DNA of 64,000 nucleotides from Torpedo marmorata (taxonomy: Eukaryota): positions 120,156,001 to 120,220,000 of the forward strand of contig OZ360219.1 in the NCBI GenBank assembly GCA_977017645.1, given 5' to 3'. Shown in pieces: positions 13,161-26,658 of the stretch. The notes under the pieces were generated by a model. It was not told the DNA's origin, did no database searches, and saw only the letters and a list, made by a program, of their open reading frames with translations. Every line of letters begins with the position of its first letter. Position 1 is the first letter of the stretch. The position numbers and the translations under genes were made by a program.

Positions 13161-14974
13161 TTAATGTATTGTGCAATTAGTAAGAATAGATCATGTTGAC
13201 AGGACAAATTCAGGCTGGTTGTGCTTTCAACTGATGAGCTAGCGGTCCTTCAATTTGTCTGCTCTCCCCTAAAATAACCTGAATGATGATTTCTATGCAA
13301 AGAGACAAAGTGTTTGAAATAATCTGAATAAATTCACAAAATTATGCTTCGGATTAGGCCACATTTTAAATTACCTCTTCAGATCGCATGTAAACGTGAC
13401 ATACCAGTGTCACACAATGGTAAACATGCTTAGATCACAACAGCTCTACTTAAATTCAAGTTCTTCTTTTCCATAAAAAAATCAGGAGATATACTGACAG
13501 TTGGCCAACACCCCTTTCCAACTCACAATAAATACTTCAACTTCCCTTAATATGAGAAGAACAAAGCCAGCATTTCATAGTCATTTTCTTTTCTGTAAAT
13601 AATGTTGCCCTTTTTAGTTGAAGAATTTTCTGCGAAAAGGTGAAAAGAATCATTTATTTCAATTATTGATGAGAGTTTCAAATTCACTTACAAAAGTAAA
13701 CAAGATTTTTTTTTGAATGAATGACACACCAGTAAGCTGAAGGGAAAAAGATAGATTTTGAAAGTTTCAGATTAAAGTAGAAACTGAGGGAAGGATGAGG
13801 AAGAAAGAAGGAATGTATCTTGAAGAGAGATTGTAAAAGAAAGGTAACCATTTCAGGTTAAAATGGACTATTGCATAACTAGCTGCCTCTGCACGATTAA
13901 TCACACTTTAACTATCAGCAAGGAAATATCCCTAATGTCACCTCGCTGAACATCCAGAAGGTCTGCAGAAAGTGAATTGGGAGACAGTCCATGTGAAACT
14001 CCTATCTAACATTTTTGGAGAAGTGCTACACCTTTATTCATTTAAATACTCACTGCTGTGAAGGAATGAATGCAGGGCCACAAAGGCTTTTCTGCATCAT
14101 GACAGACTAATTGGAAAAAAAATGACAGTTCAAAACTCCTTCTCTTCAGCACCCATACCCTCTGCCCTCTGCCCCATAACCCTCCCAAACTACACAATTG
14201 TGCTAAGTGGGAAGATCCCAATGCCAGTGGAAATTTAAACATGACTAAATCCAAAGCATATTCAGTGTGCAAAACCCTGGCTGATAGCTTTAGAGCCAAA
14301 TAGAAATGAACGTAATGTGCAGGGGTTGTTTTTAGGTGTGCTGCACAATGCAGAGTGAATGAAAGGAAGGGTAAGAAAACCAAAAACATAGTAAGAGGAG
14401 AAAGGAACACAACAAAAGAGAGATAGAAAAGAAAGCAAGAAGAATAAAATATGGGGGAAACAAATTTAATTGATATTATGTAAACCAAGGGGACATTAGA
14501 TTTGTTTGGGGGCAAATATTAGAAAAAACTACTGCTGTCTGCTCATTGGATAAGACTGCTAACATCATTGACAACTGAATGTCAAATACATCTGCTAAAG
14601 CTCTCAGCATCGCTTCTCAAGCCAAGATTTAATTTGCAAATAGTTAAGGAAGCAGGCGAACATGAGAAAGTCAGCAAAATGATTAATGTTTCAAATTATC
14701 AGGATTGATTATAACATTGCCTAAGAAAGTACAATTCACAATTACAAAGCATCATCTTCGCAAGAAAAATTCTGAGATGATTCAAGTAAGCAGCTAAAAC
14801 ACGCTGATTTTTTCCATCAGACAGGATTAGAAATAATCCCCTCTTTTTTTCCATTGATTAACTCTGGCAGTTACAATGATGCTGATTGTTTACACAAGGA
14901 ATTATGTGGAGTCAGGGGAGGGAGAGGTGGAGAATTTATGAAATGTGTGAAAATACTACTATTGCATCATTTAC

Positions 14975-15037
14975 CTTTTCAACCAGTTCCTGGTTGCTTC
15001 TAAAAAGTAACTGTTTATCTTCCACCCATTTTGAATC
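14975..15037 (-). CDS. JAKMIP1: JAKMIP1 coding exon, DSKWVEDKQLLFRSNQELVEK
   Basis: 63 nt, phase 0, ttttag/GTAAAT; translated by hand (too short for the ORF track). Confidence 0.93.
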
Positions 15038-16789
15038 CTAAAATATACAAAATAGTAAGAAACAAGAAACAAAATGCATTACAAAATTCCTGTGCGACGA
15101 AATAAAATCTTAGATGATGAGCTGTATATAATTGTGGGTGCAAAGAAAGAAACATTTGAAAAAATTATGGTCATTATGTTTTGTAAGGAAGTTCCCCAAA
15201 CTACTCATGGGTTTAAATTGAGCTGCGTGATATTAACATGCAAAATCTAAGAAATTCCTGAAGGGGAGTAATATACCTTTGACTGCTATCTGTGCATGAG
15301 AATTGTTACGTGACTGACTGCTCTTGCCCTATCTGATCCACCAGAGTTATTAGAACTTATGTGTGGAGGACAGTTTGCACAAAGTATGCCAATATGCATA
15401 CGCATGTGCTTATGACCAAAGAGGTTTTTTTACTTTTAATTTTGGACATAAGCTTCTTGTCATTTATGTTAGCAGACATAGCAATTTCTTGAAAGAACAG
15501 TGCATGTTAATATTACACAGCACAATGTCATTACAACAGGTCTTAAAGAACTTGTAGAATAACTTTTTCATCATTGTGTTCTGAACATAGTCTCTTTGTT
15601 GATTTAACTATGATAGGTATAGCAATCACAAGACATTCATTTTACCATACAACCTGAACTTGTGCAAACTCTACATTCGATGCTAAAAGCAGGCTTTAAG
15701 CAGGTTAAAAATCCATTAGTTTTACATTAGTTTGAGCTCAATACACCTGGCCAGTTGGGGTTAGAAATGACAGCTAAACACTGTAACTATAACCAGTTAA
15801 ACTGTCCTGCTCTGCAATTCCTGCAACTAAAATTGCTTTTAATTAGAGGAAGAAAATAACAAAGGGGCACTTTAATCAGTGAAGCTATTCTTACTACGCA
15901 CTGAGTGCTATTTCGGTTTCAATGAAGAGCTCTACTTACACATCAAATTAAACAGAAGGAGAATGTTAGGATTACGTGAGTAGTGAGGAAGGTGGAGGGG
16001 GAAGAAAACATGACACATAAACTGAAATAATTTAACACATTTGCAAAATAAAATTACTACAAGCTAAATCAAAATATTGCATTATTATAGAAAAAGAAAA
16101 TTAAAGCTAATTCAATAAAGTTAGGAAACTGGATTTCAATGTGCAACTTAATATAATTATTTTAAACAGTTTATAACATTAACAGAATTTCTGCTAGATA
16201 TGTACGACCCTATTGACTTAAGGTATAGATGCCAGGAAGTAAGATCTGAGCAAAAGCACTCCATTTTATATTGCAATGATACATTCCAAGCTGCCATTCA
16301 GCCAATACCAATCCATCACTACTGTGGCAAATGTCATAACTGAACATTAAGCATCTGGAACAGATTAGCCATGCTGATGAAGAGTACAGAGTATGACAGG
16401 GGTTAATAAAAATCTCCATTTTACCACCCTGGGAACTGATGCAATAAAATATCTCATTATATGAATTAAATAAATCTATAGAATTTACATACACTAAAAC
16501 GAATATTCTATTTCCTTCATCAAACATGTATGGATCAGAAATACAACTGTGAGCAGGAGCAGTGGAAGGATTTTATGCCCTGTTTTGGACATGAATTGTG
16601 AAGGTTGAGTACAACTCATTGTTATTACTATATAGCGTTCCCAACCAACAATACACTTCTTATGCGATAATCAAATCTTGTTTGCTGCTCTTATACTTTG
16701 CAATGATTTACTACATGGAAGGTGCATGTTCTTAGTTTATCAACAACAGTCACTTTTGCATTATAAAATATGGCCATTGTAAAATGCAC

Positions 16790-17510
16790 ACTTCATATTA
16801 TATTGAATCCCAAAGCAGAAACAACAATTTCTCTCTTTTAGGAGAACCAATAAGGTCAGGACATAAACAATGACTGGCTGGACCCAAAGTAGTATTGAGG
16901 AACAGAATGATCTTGGTGTACATCCAAAGATCCCTGAAGCTGGCAGCAGAGGTAGATAAGGTGATGAAGAAGGCATACAGAATACTTGAATTAATTAACT
17001 GGACCAATAATACAAGAGCAGGAAGGTAATGTTACAGCAACATAAAACATAGCTTAGGCCACAGCCAGAGTTCTGGTGTGTAGTGTGCAGTGGATTATCA
17101 CCAGGATATTGATGGGACGGACAATTCCGTTATGAAGAAAGACTGCATGGGCTGAATTTGCTTTATTTGGAATGGAGTAGGCCTAATTGAGGCACACAAA
17201 ATTATGAGGGGCAGAGAAAAGGTGAGAGTTTCTTACATTCTCAGTATCAGAGGTGGCTGTAACCAAAAGAATAGGTTAAAGGTCAGGTCTAGAGGGGATG
17301 CAAGGAATTTTCTTTTCACTCAGAGAGTGATTGGAATCTGAGTGGGCTCTCTGAGTGGATGGTGAAGGCAACAATACACAAGACGTATCTAGACAAGTAT
17401 CAAGAAGGCTCTGAGCCAAGTACTGGTATATCTGATTAGCATAAGGGATACCAGGTAGTATGCATAGATACAATGGGCTAAAGTGCCTCTCTTTTCTATG
17501 ATTCTGTGAT
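16790..17510 (+). mobile_element. Degraded CR1-type LINE 3' region
   Basis: DLGV.., KV.KKA, VRP.LE, FTQRV..IW remnants. Confidence 0.65.
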
Positions 17511-18229
17511 GAAGCATGAGTGAGACTACTCTGACAGCACCAGAACATGCATTACATTCAAGGCCCTGTTCAAACTGGACATCTCTGCTACCTTTTGCCT
17601 AAACCTTTGGTCAAATGATGGATGAATGTCATAGCTTTGCCAGTTGTGTATGCTTACATGGGGATTGGGTGTGGAAGACAGAGTGAATTGCACAATAGCA
17701 TATCCTCACACAAATTTGTGCCATGCCTGCCCCAATTCTGCCAAAACAAAATCATTGTCTTGGGTGAGTGGGGGGTGATCATGAATGTAAGAAAGAATCA
17801 GGGATCAACCTTCCTTCCTCACTGCTGGAATTCAAATTCATTAGGTTGCAATTTATTTCCTGGAGCATGATAACTGAGGAGCATCCTCTCTCCCTAATCA
17901 ACTCCTTTCTTAAACATTTACAGCTTTTGAAAGGTCAGATTTTATTTCACCCATTCACTTTTTGATTTAACTAGTCCCCACTCATTTACAAGAACAATCT
18001 TTTGATTTCAACTTGATAGAATTTTGTTTTTGATCACTTGTTCAAAATGGGCACACATGGCCAACACTTCTGTGACTCAGTTTCTTCAAAGTCAGTGCCA
18101 TGCCATTTCGCTGCATTTAGCATCAGTAACAGAATATAACTTTCTATCCCACTGTCTCTTTAAAAGGGAGATCTCAAAACAATCATGAAGTACTGGTCTG
18201 TAGCTCTCATTACAACAATGCAACATGGT

Positions 18230-18476
18230 GATACGGTTAGTTTAGCAATTAACGCAATGCTATTTCAGTGCCAGTGACACGGGTTGGGATCCGGCGCTTT
18301 CAGTAAGGAGCTTGTACGTTCTCCCCATGATCTGCGTAGTTTTTCGCTGGGTTCTCCAGATTCCTCCGACCCAACAAAACGTACGGGATTGATAGGTTAA
18401 TTTGGTGTAATTGGGCGGCACGAGTTTCATGGGTCGGAAGGGCCTTCTACCGTTCTGTACGTTAAAGTTAAAGTTA
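18230..18476 (+). mobile_element. tRNA-derived SINE
   Basis: A/B-box-like head; body gtaaggag.ttgtacgttctcc shared with copies at 34950, 35700 and 41290. Confidence 0.75.
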
Positions 18477-19655
18477 TTACCCGCTCCCCATCTTCAGTAA
18501 TATGTAAACGATGTTTTACCCTTCACATTACTTAAAAATTATGCATATCGCATCACCCATCAAAGCAGCTGTAAATATCAAAGGATCTGCAAACTTTAAT
18601 CCACAACCAATAAAAATAAAAAATAAAAATAAAAATAAAACCAATAAAAAGCCAAATAACCAAAGTTCAAGAGTTCTTCCTACCTGGGAAAATATTATTT
18701 TTTAAGTATCTTTGTTCTGAATTTCATTTGAAGAGATGTGGGGAATAACAAAGAGGAAACAAAAAAAAAATAACAGACTACAATTCCTGAACTTCCTGGG
18801 TGTAAAATTACTGGAAATTCTCAGTGTTTTTCGAGCATGGAATTTGGACCTTTAATCCACCATGTCTGTACCAAGCATCAAATCATTTATACTAATCCCA
18901 TTTTATTCTGCCCATTTGCCCAACAACTAGGGACAATTTAAAATGCCAAATTAACTTACCCATCCACACATCTTTAGAAAATCAGAGTATCCAGGGGAAA
19001 CAGACATGGTCACAAGGAAAACGTGCAAACTCCACACAGACAGCACCAGTGGTTTGGATTTAGGTGCTTAAAAGAAAGCAGCTCTACCAGCATTGGAACT
19101 GTGCCACACCATTCGGCATCAGGGTTAAAAGGAACAGCAGAAAAGTCAAAATAAAGGTGCTTCATTCCACAGCTAGCCTGACCAAAAACCATGGACCATG
19201 AGGCCCACACTGTCTCAGCATTGCGCAGTAAACCTTCAATGGCCAACCAATCCCCAGCAGCCTCATGGCCATTCAGGAGTCCAGCTATGTTATCACAAAC
19301 GAAAGGAAGACTTGAATTTAAAAACGAGGGAAGCAAAATAAGGACACGTTTAATTTAATCATAAATTAACAGGTTAGTTCATTTTCCTTTGAATAATTTG
19401 GCATAATTAGTTCTCCAAAGTATGTTTATTTGTGATATCTGCATTCCACAATCAAATCAAGTGTAAACGGCCTTTTAAATCTTTGGGAAAGTTGAAGCTG
19501 TGTTTAGTTAAAGGAAGATTGTTCAATGTAACAAGCTAGATTTCATACAGTCCACTGGCATGTTAAGAGCTGCTGTTCACGAAAAGCAAGCCAAGGATGC
19601 TGGAGCACAATAGTATTACAGCCATTTCCACATGGAATTGCTCAGAGCCTTTTAC

Positions 19656-19739
19656 CTGCCCTTTCTCAGCAAGCAATTTTTCCAGATCTTCAATTTTAGA
19701 CTGAGAGCGAAGGAGATCGGCTTGGAGCTGTTCACGAGT
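19656..19739 (-). CDS. JAKMIP1: JAKMIP1 coding exon, TREQLQADLLRSQSKIEDLEKLLAEKGQ
   Basis: 84 nt, phase 0, caacag/GTAAAA. Confidence 0.95.
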
Positions 19740-20433
19740 CTGTTGAAATGCAATTACAAGTTTTATTGAAATGTGCAGCATAAAATTAAGCTATTTGCTC
19801 AACTGTTGTTGCTCCTTATTGGAGTAATAATGACCCCATTCCACCATTGGTTTATAATGCTATTTAATCTTCCTCTTGAGAATGCAATGGTTTTACATCC
19901 TCAGAAGGTATTCAAAGCTTTAACATCTCAACGACAACAAATTTCTCCCAAACCCCCTTTGCGCCAATTCAAAAACAGCACAATTTGATGCTGACTTCTC
20001 TTTGCAGTGGGATGATTTTCTCTGCAACTCTTCTGATATTTCATAAAGATAACAATGTATGAGTAATTTGTATTAAATCAGTGGACACACAACTAGTCTT
20101 AATTCACTGAAAAATATACAATTAATTAACTTTAGAAAATGGACTTTGTTTGACATTAATATTCTTAAGAGTCTGTATACGTTGGCAATAGTAAAAACAC
20201 AGGGAAAAGATAGACCCTCTGTTTTATGTGCTCAATGTGTGATCTAGCAATGTTTGTGCACCAAACTATGCATTTAATATTCTGCATATTAATAGATTGG
20301 ATTTAAGAAGTGGAGTTCAGCACATGTCCCTTACTACATCGCAGCTTTAGCAATAGAACAGAGGATGAATTTCTATCATGTAACCTTAGAAAAAAAGCAG
20401 TGCAATTAGATATAATCATACGTTTAACAGGTA

Positions 20434-20654
20434 CAGTAAAACCCCCGGTATCCGGCACCTATGGGGATTGGTAGATGCCCGATAAGTGAAGTTTCCGGTT
20501 ACTTGAGATTGTGTGTTGCGTGATTGGCGAACTGAGCGCTAGGGGGCGCCAATTTTAAACTTTCGTATTTTTTAACTATTTATTTTCCACAATTTTTTTG
20601 CCGGTTGCTTGAGGCTGCCGGTTGCTTGAATTCCGAATAACAGAGATTTTACTG
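20434..20654. mobile_element. Tigger/pogo-like MITE
   Basis: TA TSD; TIRs CAGTAAAACCCCCGGTATCCGG / CAGTAAAATCTCTGTTATTCGG. Confidence 0.85.
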
Positions 20655-21059
20655 TATTTAGACATGCTCATGAATAGATAAGGTGCAGAATGATACATAG
20701 AAAATGGGGACAACTGGCATTAATGTAAGTGGGCAAAATGTTGGCATGGATGTGATGGGTCGCAGGGCTCATTTCTATGCACTCCACAGGCTGATTTGTT
20801 CCTGGAACAACTGATGTTGGAATTGGTTTTGGAGGAAGGCAACGTGGATTAATCACTGCATTTTATGTGGGCTCATGTTCAAAAGAGGATGCAAGTTTTA
20901 AGGATTTATTTGTGAGAGCATGATGGATGGTTTGAACAAAGCAACATAACTAATATTTTCCGATGAACACCACGTTATAGCGAGGAAGGGGGAAAATTTG
21001 GAAACTGAGGACAGATAAGCTTCTGACAAAACAACGTTGCTCCTAGATTTGTCACCTAC

Positions 21060-21188
21060 CCGGGTTTCTCGCTCCACATCCAGCGTTCCACCCACTTGCT
21101 CCTGAAGCAGTGCGTAAGCTCTCTGGAGAGCCTGATATTCTCGAGTAAGCTGTCGGAATCTCAGTTCAGACTCTTCTCTGTTTAAGGC
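21060..21188 (-). CDS. JAKMIP1: JAKMIP1 coding exon, ALNREESELRFRQLTREYQALQRAYALLQEQVGGTLDVERETR
   Basis: 129 nt, phase 0; acceptor ttttttcacaag (AAG), donor GTAGGT. Confidence 0.94.
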
Positions 21189-21554
21189 CTTGTGAAAAAA
21201 GGAGGAAATGTGTGGATTGGGTTGTCAATTTATAATGAAAATCAAACACAACTTGTGCACCTTTTGGTTCAAGTAAGCAATCCAACAACAACTCTTGAAA
21301 TTTAAAAAAAAACATCACAGATGCTGGAATTCTGAAACAAAAAAAATAGGAAAAAGAGCAGTCACTTTGCAGTTACCTAAAATGACGAGTTTCTTTCTTT
21401 CTCGGGTCTGATGAAAAGCCTTTGTCTCAAACGTTAACTGTTTCTCTTTCCACAAACGTTGTCTGATATGCCAAGTTTTTCTATTATTTTCCATTTTCTC
21501 TCTCAATTTTCCCCATCCCTCTTGTACAAAGCTGGCCACCGGCAAGTCCCACCA

Positions 21555-24340
21555 CATATCACACAGGTCGAGAAGCTTAATCTGCCTCACTAAATCCATA
21601 TACACAAAATTTATCACCCTGATTTCAATTTCCTTAATTACCTCCACAAAAACTCAATCAAATCAGTGAGACGGGATTTCCCCCTCTCGAAAGCCATGCC
21701 GATTATCTCTAATTATTCCCTACCTTTCTAAAAGAATACAAATCCTGTCCCTTACAATTTTCTCCAATGATGTCCCTACCACTAATCTAAATTATACCAG
21801 CCTATAGTTAACTGGCTTATCCACAATGCCCTTCTTAAATAAAGGAACAACATTAACTCTCCTTCAGTCTTCTGGTACATTGCATGGGACTACAAAATAC
21901 AGTAATTTCAGACAGGACCCCGACAATCTCCTCCTTTCCTTCCCAGAGCACTGTCAGATAGTTCTCATCTGGCCTGGGGGATTTATCCATCCTTATGTGT
22001 TCCAAGATATCTAATACCTCGACCTTCTTAATAACTACATGGTCCAAGCAACAACACATCACTTCCTGAACTCACTACCCTCCACATCCTTCTCCTTGGT
22101 GAATTCAGATGAAAACTATTCATTTAGGACCTCACCCACACTCCTGCCTCCATACATAGATATGCCCTTTGAACCCCAAGAGAACCCACTTTTCCTTGGC
22201 TGCCCTCTTTATTCTAATATACTTGTAGAAAGACTTGGGATTCTCCTTAATCTTACGTGCCAAGGTATTTCATGACCTCTTTTTGCCTTAATTTCTTTTT
22301 TGAGTCCTCTCCCTCCACACTTAAGACTCATCAAGGGACTTGGTTGATTGCAGTGGCAATACCTGTCGTATGCTTTCTTTATACTTCCTGATCAAACCTT
22401 CAGTAACTATTATTCAAGGTTCCATAATAACTTCCCCCCTCACTCCTTTGTTCGGACGTCTGCCGGCATTTTCTCATACTTTGATGAAGGGCTCAAGCCT
22501 GAAACGTCGGTTATGTATTTCTACCTTTGCTACATAAAAGACACTGTTTGACCTGCTGAGTTCTCCAGCTTTTGTGTTTTTTACTCTAACCACGGTGTCT
22601 ACAGATTTTCATGTTTACTTATTAGAATCTTGTTGTCTCTCAACTCTTGCTAACTCTCTTTGGAAGGACTCACTCTTGTCAGATGTTGTCATGTATGTAC
22701 TTATGTGACGTCATCTATGTACTCTGACAATAAATCTGAAATCTGAAGCATTTTCTCCCAGACAACGTTTCCCAGGTCCTCTCTTACACTATCAAAATCA
22801 GACTTACCCCAATTTAGGATCTTGACGAGGACCAACATTATCCTTTCCCAAAGTACCTTAATGTTTACAGAATCGTAGTCACTGTTTCCAAAATGCTCCC
22901 CAACCAACACTTTCACCACCAGTCAGCTTTCATTTCTGAAGATAAGGTTTAAAAAATGGCAGAGCTGCCAGAGCTGCTGTAACAGCTGTGTGGGGAGTGG
23001 AGACACAGTGTTGCTTCACTGGGTCCTACTGCCCTGTCGTGATGCTGATGGCTCCATACAGGCTTTAAACAACCTGCAACCACGGAGGTCTGTTGCCAAG
23101 ATGGTGGTTCCTGTGCTGGATAACGTAACACGAGGGTCTGCAGACTCCAGGGGAGCAGAGTACTGGCGCAGGGCACCAGAAATAGGGAGAAGACCACCCC
23201 CCACATTGAGAAGAAGCCTAGGCAATAACCCTACAGGAAGGTGACGACGGCAGCAGTCCAGCGAGGGGCTCAGTGGCTGAAGGACTCACACAGGCTGCAC
23301 GCTGCTGGCGACTTGGGGTCGAAGGACTCACACCAGGCTGCGGGCTGCTGGAGATTGATTCATGGGAACCAGGTATCAGAACCGGAATTCTAAAGGCTGC
23401 TGAGGGCGAAAAGGGCCCCCGAAAGGCCATGAGTGCTGAAGGCTTCCTGATCGTTTTGGAGGTATGGATCCGGAGCTCGGGCTGCTGATGGATTGAGGAG
23501 TCTGTGAGGCTACAGAAGCTGCGGGAGCACTGGAGGCGAATCCACGGACACTCAGTGTCTCCGAAGGGACTCTCTTTTGCTTCTCGTTCTTTTATTATTG
23601 GGGGTGCTGCGCAATGCTAATGGTGACGTATATCGTGTACAATACATTTTTTGTATTATGACTTGACAATTAAAGGAAACTTGAACCTTGAAGTACAGCC
23701 TTTCTCTGATAGGACTATCTTGGATGCACTTGAATTAAATTGTATTTAATTATTTATTGTGACATATACCAAGATTCAATGAAGAACTTTGTTTTGAGTG
23801 CTATCCAGGAAAATCAACCCACACTTAAGGATCACAGGCAGTGCAAAAGTAAAACAAAACAATAACTTCACAAATTATGTTCCATCAAAGCCCCTTACAC
23901 AAAGGCAATTGCAGTCAATTTTGGGGAAGTTAAAATCTCTACCAAAATAACCCTATTACTTTTACACCTTTCTGCAATGTGCTTACATATTTTCTCCTCT
24001 AATTCCCGCTGACTATTGAGCAGTCTATAGTATAAATCCAGCAAAGTGATCAACCCACTCTTATTCCTAAGATCTACCCATGTGGACTCACTGGACAATC
24101 ACTCCTGATATCCTCTCCATATACTGCTGTGATACTCTCTCTAATAAAGAGTGTGATGCCTCCTCTTCATTTGCATTCCTTCTCTCATACCTGAAACTTC
24201 CACACCCCATAAAATTAAGCTGCCTTTCTCAACCATGTTTCCGTGATTGTAGTAACATAATTCTGATACATGCTCTGACCTGCCTGGAACACTTCATGAC
24301 CCAACCTTGACCACATTGCATGATCTGTCCTTCCCAGGTG
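21555..24340 (-). mobile_element. Fragmented CR1-type LINE (endonuclease and RT remnants) with nested insertions
   Basis: DKSPRPDE, GEHFGNSDY and SESTWVDLRNK..YYR remnants in the ORF track. Confidence 0.75.
22950..23692 (+). repeat. GC-rich interspersed repeat, copy 2, inserted in a CR1 fragment
   Basis: Homologous to 7545-8180. Confidence 0.8.
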
Positions 24341-24479
24341 AACTATGGTCATGAAAACCAATATTGCCACTTTGCACCATCACCTTGTCCTTTCTCCGAC
24401 ACTTTCTAAATTTCCCCTCAACACAACCACTGACTCCACAATTAGATGAAAGCCTTCCATTGAGCTTTAGTTAATCCAT

Positions 24480-24860
24480 TCACTGGGATATTTTATCTGT
24501 GGTTCCATGTTCTGGACAGGAGAGAGTAGATGTGGCAAAGTTGTTTTCAATGGTGGGGGAGTCTAGGACAAGAGGACACAACTTCAAGATTGAAGGCCAC
24601 CCTTTTAAAACAGAGATGTAGAGGAATTTCTTTAGGCAGAGTGGTGAACCTCTGGAATTTGCTAGCTCGGGTGGCTGTGGAGGCCACGTCATTAGGTGTA
24701 TTTAAGGCAGAGATTGATAGGTATCTGAATAGTCAGGGTATCAAGGGTTATGGAGAGAAAGCAAAGGAATGGGGCTGAGGGGGAGAATGGATCAGCTCAT
24801 GATGGAATGACGGAGCAGACTAGCCTACTTTTATTCCTATACCTTAAGGTCTTATGGTTC
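24480..24860 (+). mobile_element. CR1-type LINE 3' end
   Basis: GESRTRGHNFKI and RVVNLWN..FKAEIDRYL. Confidence 0.8.
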
Positions 24861-24974
24861 TTAGTGAACAGAAGATACACAATTTATTTTCAGTTTCCCA
24901 AGCACCTTTGAATATTTATTATTGAATTTGTCATCACAGCTTGTGACCGTGGCTTAATTCTTATTTCCTTCATG

Positions 24975-25122
24975 TGTGGGATTGAGAGGGTGATAGAGTG
25001 TGTGAGTGTGAGAATGTGAGTATGTGTGTGAATAAGTATGCAAGTGTGAATGAGAGTGTGTGAGTGTGTGTGTGAATGAGAGTGAGTGTGAGAGTGTGGG
25101 TGCATGAGAGCGTGTGACAGTG
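24975..25122. repeat. Degenerate (TG/GA)n compound microsatellite
   Basis: gtgtgtgagtgtgagaatgtgag runs. Confidence 0.85.
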
Positions 25123-25859
25123 TGATTTTCACTTCTTCCTTCTCTAGACCCTTAACACATGTAAAAGTTGATTGGCCCAATAAGTGGCCAATCAACTTTT
25201 ACATTGGCCCAAAGGAGATTGAAATCACCAGCAATAACAATGAACAACTTCTCCTGTCTAGATCAGGATCAGGTACATTATTCACGTCAATATTTCCAAG
25301 TTGGACCCACACTTATGGTGACGTGTGTTGTCACATACTTAATTACACTCGCAACTCCCATTGTCTCCACAGCAGCACATAGCCAATCACACGTTCATGA
25401 GATGGAACAGCCTAATCACTTCAATGCTGTTCTAATTGTCAGACCTACTTCAGATTTAATCAGCTATGTCAAAAACATACAAATCCTGTTAGAACAGCAA
25501 CACCTGGCATCTCGAGTGGGGTGGTCAGCCAAGAACAAAAGGAAATGACACACAGAATAAGCAGAACATCTTCTCCATTATCACAGCAAGCTGCACAGGA
25601 GTCTCCTCATGAACATAAAGGTAGCTCGCACCATTGGGCAAGCATGACATGTAACCTTGAGGTCAACTCAGACATTAGAGCAACTGTGCTGCTTCCTAAA
25701 GAGTCAGAGAAGCCATGAGCTACCCACAAGGCCCTCAGCTGCCTCCATATAAAAGACAGCCAATCACAAACTGATGTGGTGGTGAAATGGGGCCACTCTG
25801 TAATAAGAAAGACCTCGCAATGTGGCAAGGCAGACTATGCAACAACTTTTGTCACAGTT

Positions 25860-26345
25860 GTTCAGAGTATTGATGAGGCCACATCTAGAAGTTTAGTGCA
25901 GTTTGGGTCCTCTTCCCAAAAAAAGATATCGTAGCATAGTAGTATAGACCAAAGGCGATTCATCAGTTTTTAAGGCTATATAGGTTGGATCTGTTATTCC
26001 TTGGAGTTTAGAAGAATGAGGAGTGACCTGATGTTGAGATGTTTCCACCAATGGGAGAGTCACAGAGGGGATCACAGCTATGAAAGGAGGAGCCAATCAT
26101 TTAAAACCGAGGTGTGCAGATGTAAATCTCTGGAATTCTCTGCCCCTGGGGATTGTGAAAGCCAGTTCATTAGATGCATACAAGGGGGAGATGGATAAAT
26201 ATTCACAAGATCAAGGAGTTGAGGGGAATGGGAACTGGGACAGAAGGGTAATTGGAACAAGCATTGACAGCCACAATCATATTCATTGGTGGAGCAGGAT
26301 TGAGGGCCTGAGTGCTCCCGTTTTCTTTTGTTCTCATGACCTTGC
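25860..26345 (+). mobile_element. CR1-type LINE 3' fragment
   Basis: RPHLE, SLEFRRMRSDL and NLWNSLP remnants. Confidence 0.7.
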
Positions 26346-26538
26346 TTCTGCTCAAGGAAGTCTTATGGAGTTCAGGTGCCTGCCAATGCTGAGAAGTCAA
26401 GCAATAAAGGAAGAATATATTGGAAAAGGCAGAATATTTGCCAGCACTTGAAGAAGAGGGCAGGCCTTGCTATTCATTGCTTGATGCATTTCTATATCCA
26501 TTCATTGCGTAGCTGGATTGCTCAGCAAAGTCACTCAC

Positions 26539-26658
26539 CTCATCGAGATCTTCCTCTGGAGTTACTGGTGTCCTATCAGTTGTACATGAAGCTAATGAAG
26601 AGGTTTCTGAATCTACTGATTCCTCATCAAATCCAAAAAATGTCTCTACAACATGCCT
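26539..26658 (-). CDS. JAKMIP1: JAKMIP1 coding exon, RHVVETFFGFDEESVDSETSSLASCTTDRTPVTPEEDLDE (candidate dual-coding 5' part)
   Basis: 120 nt, phase 0, tttcag/GTGAGT; VVETFFGFDEESVDSE and TDRTP.TPEEDLD motifs. Confidence 0.95.
26627..26658 (-). CDS. Candidate second coding segment of the microprotein, alternative frame of a JAKMIP1 exon, (E)ACCRDIFWI*
   Basis: G|AG GCA TGT TGT AGA GAC ATT TTT TGG ATT TGA when joined to the phase-1 donor at 37436. Confidence 0.6.

Noticed and set aside
14042-14515. 157-aa hydrophobic ORF
   Set aside because: Hydrophobicity comes from T-rich low-complexity sequence; non-ATG start and no homology recognised.
24890-25195. His/Thr-rich ORF
   Set aside because: It is a translation of the TG/GA microsatellite.
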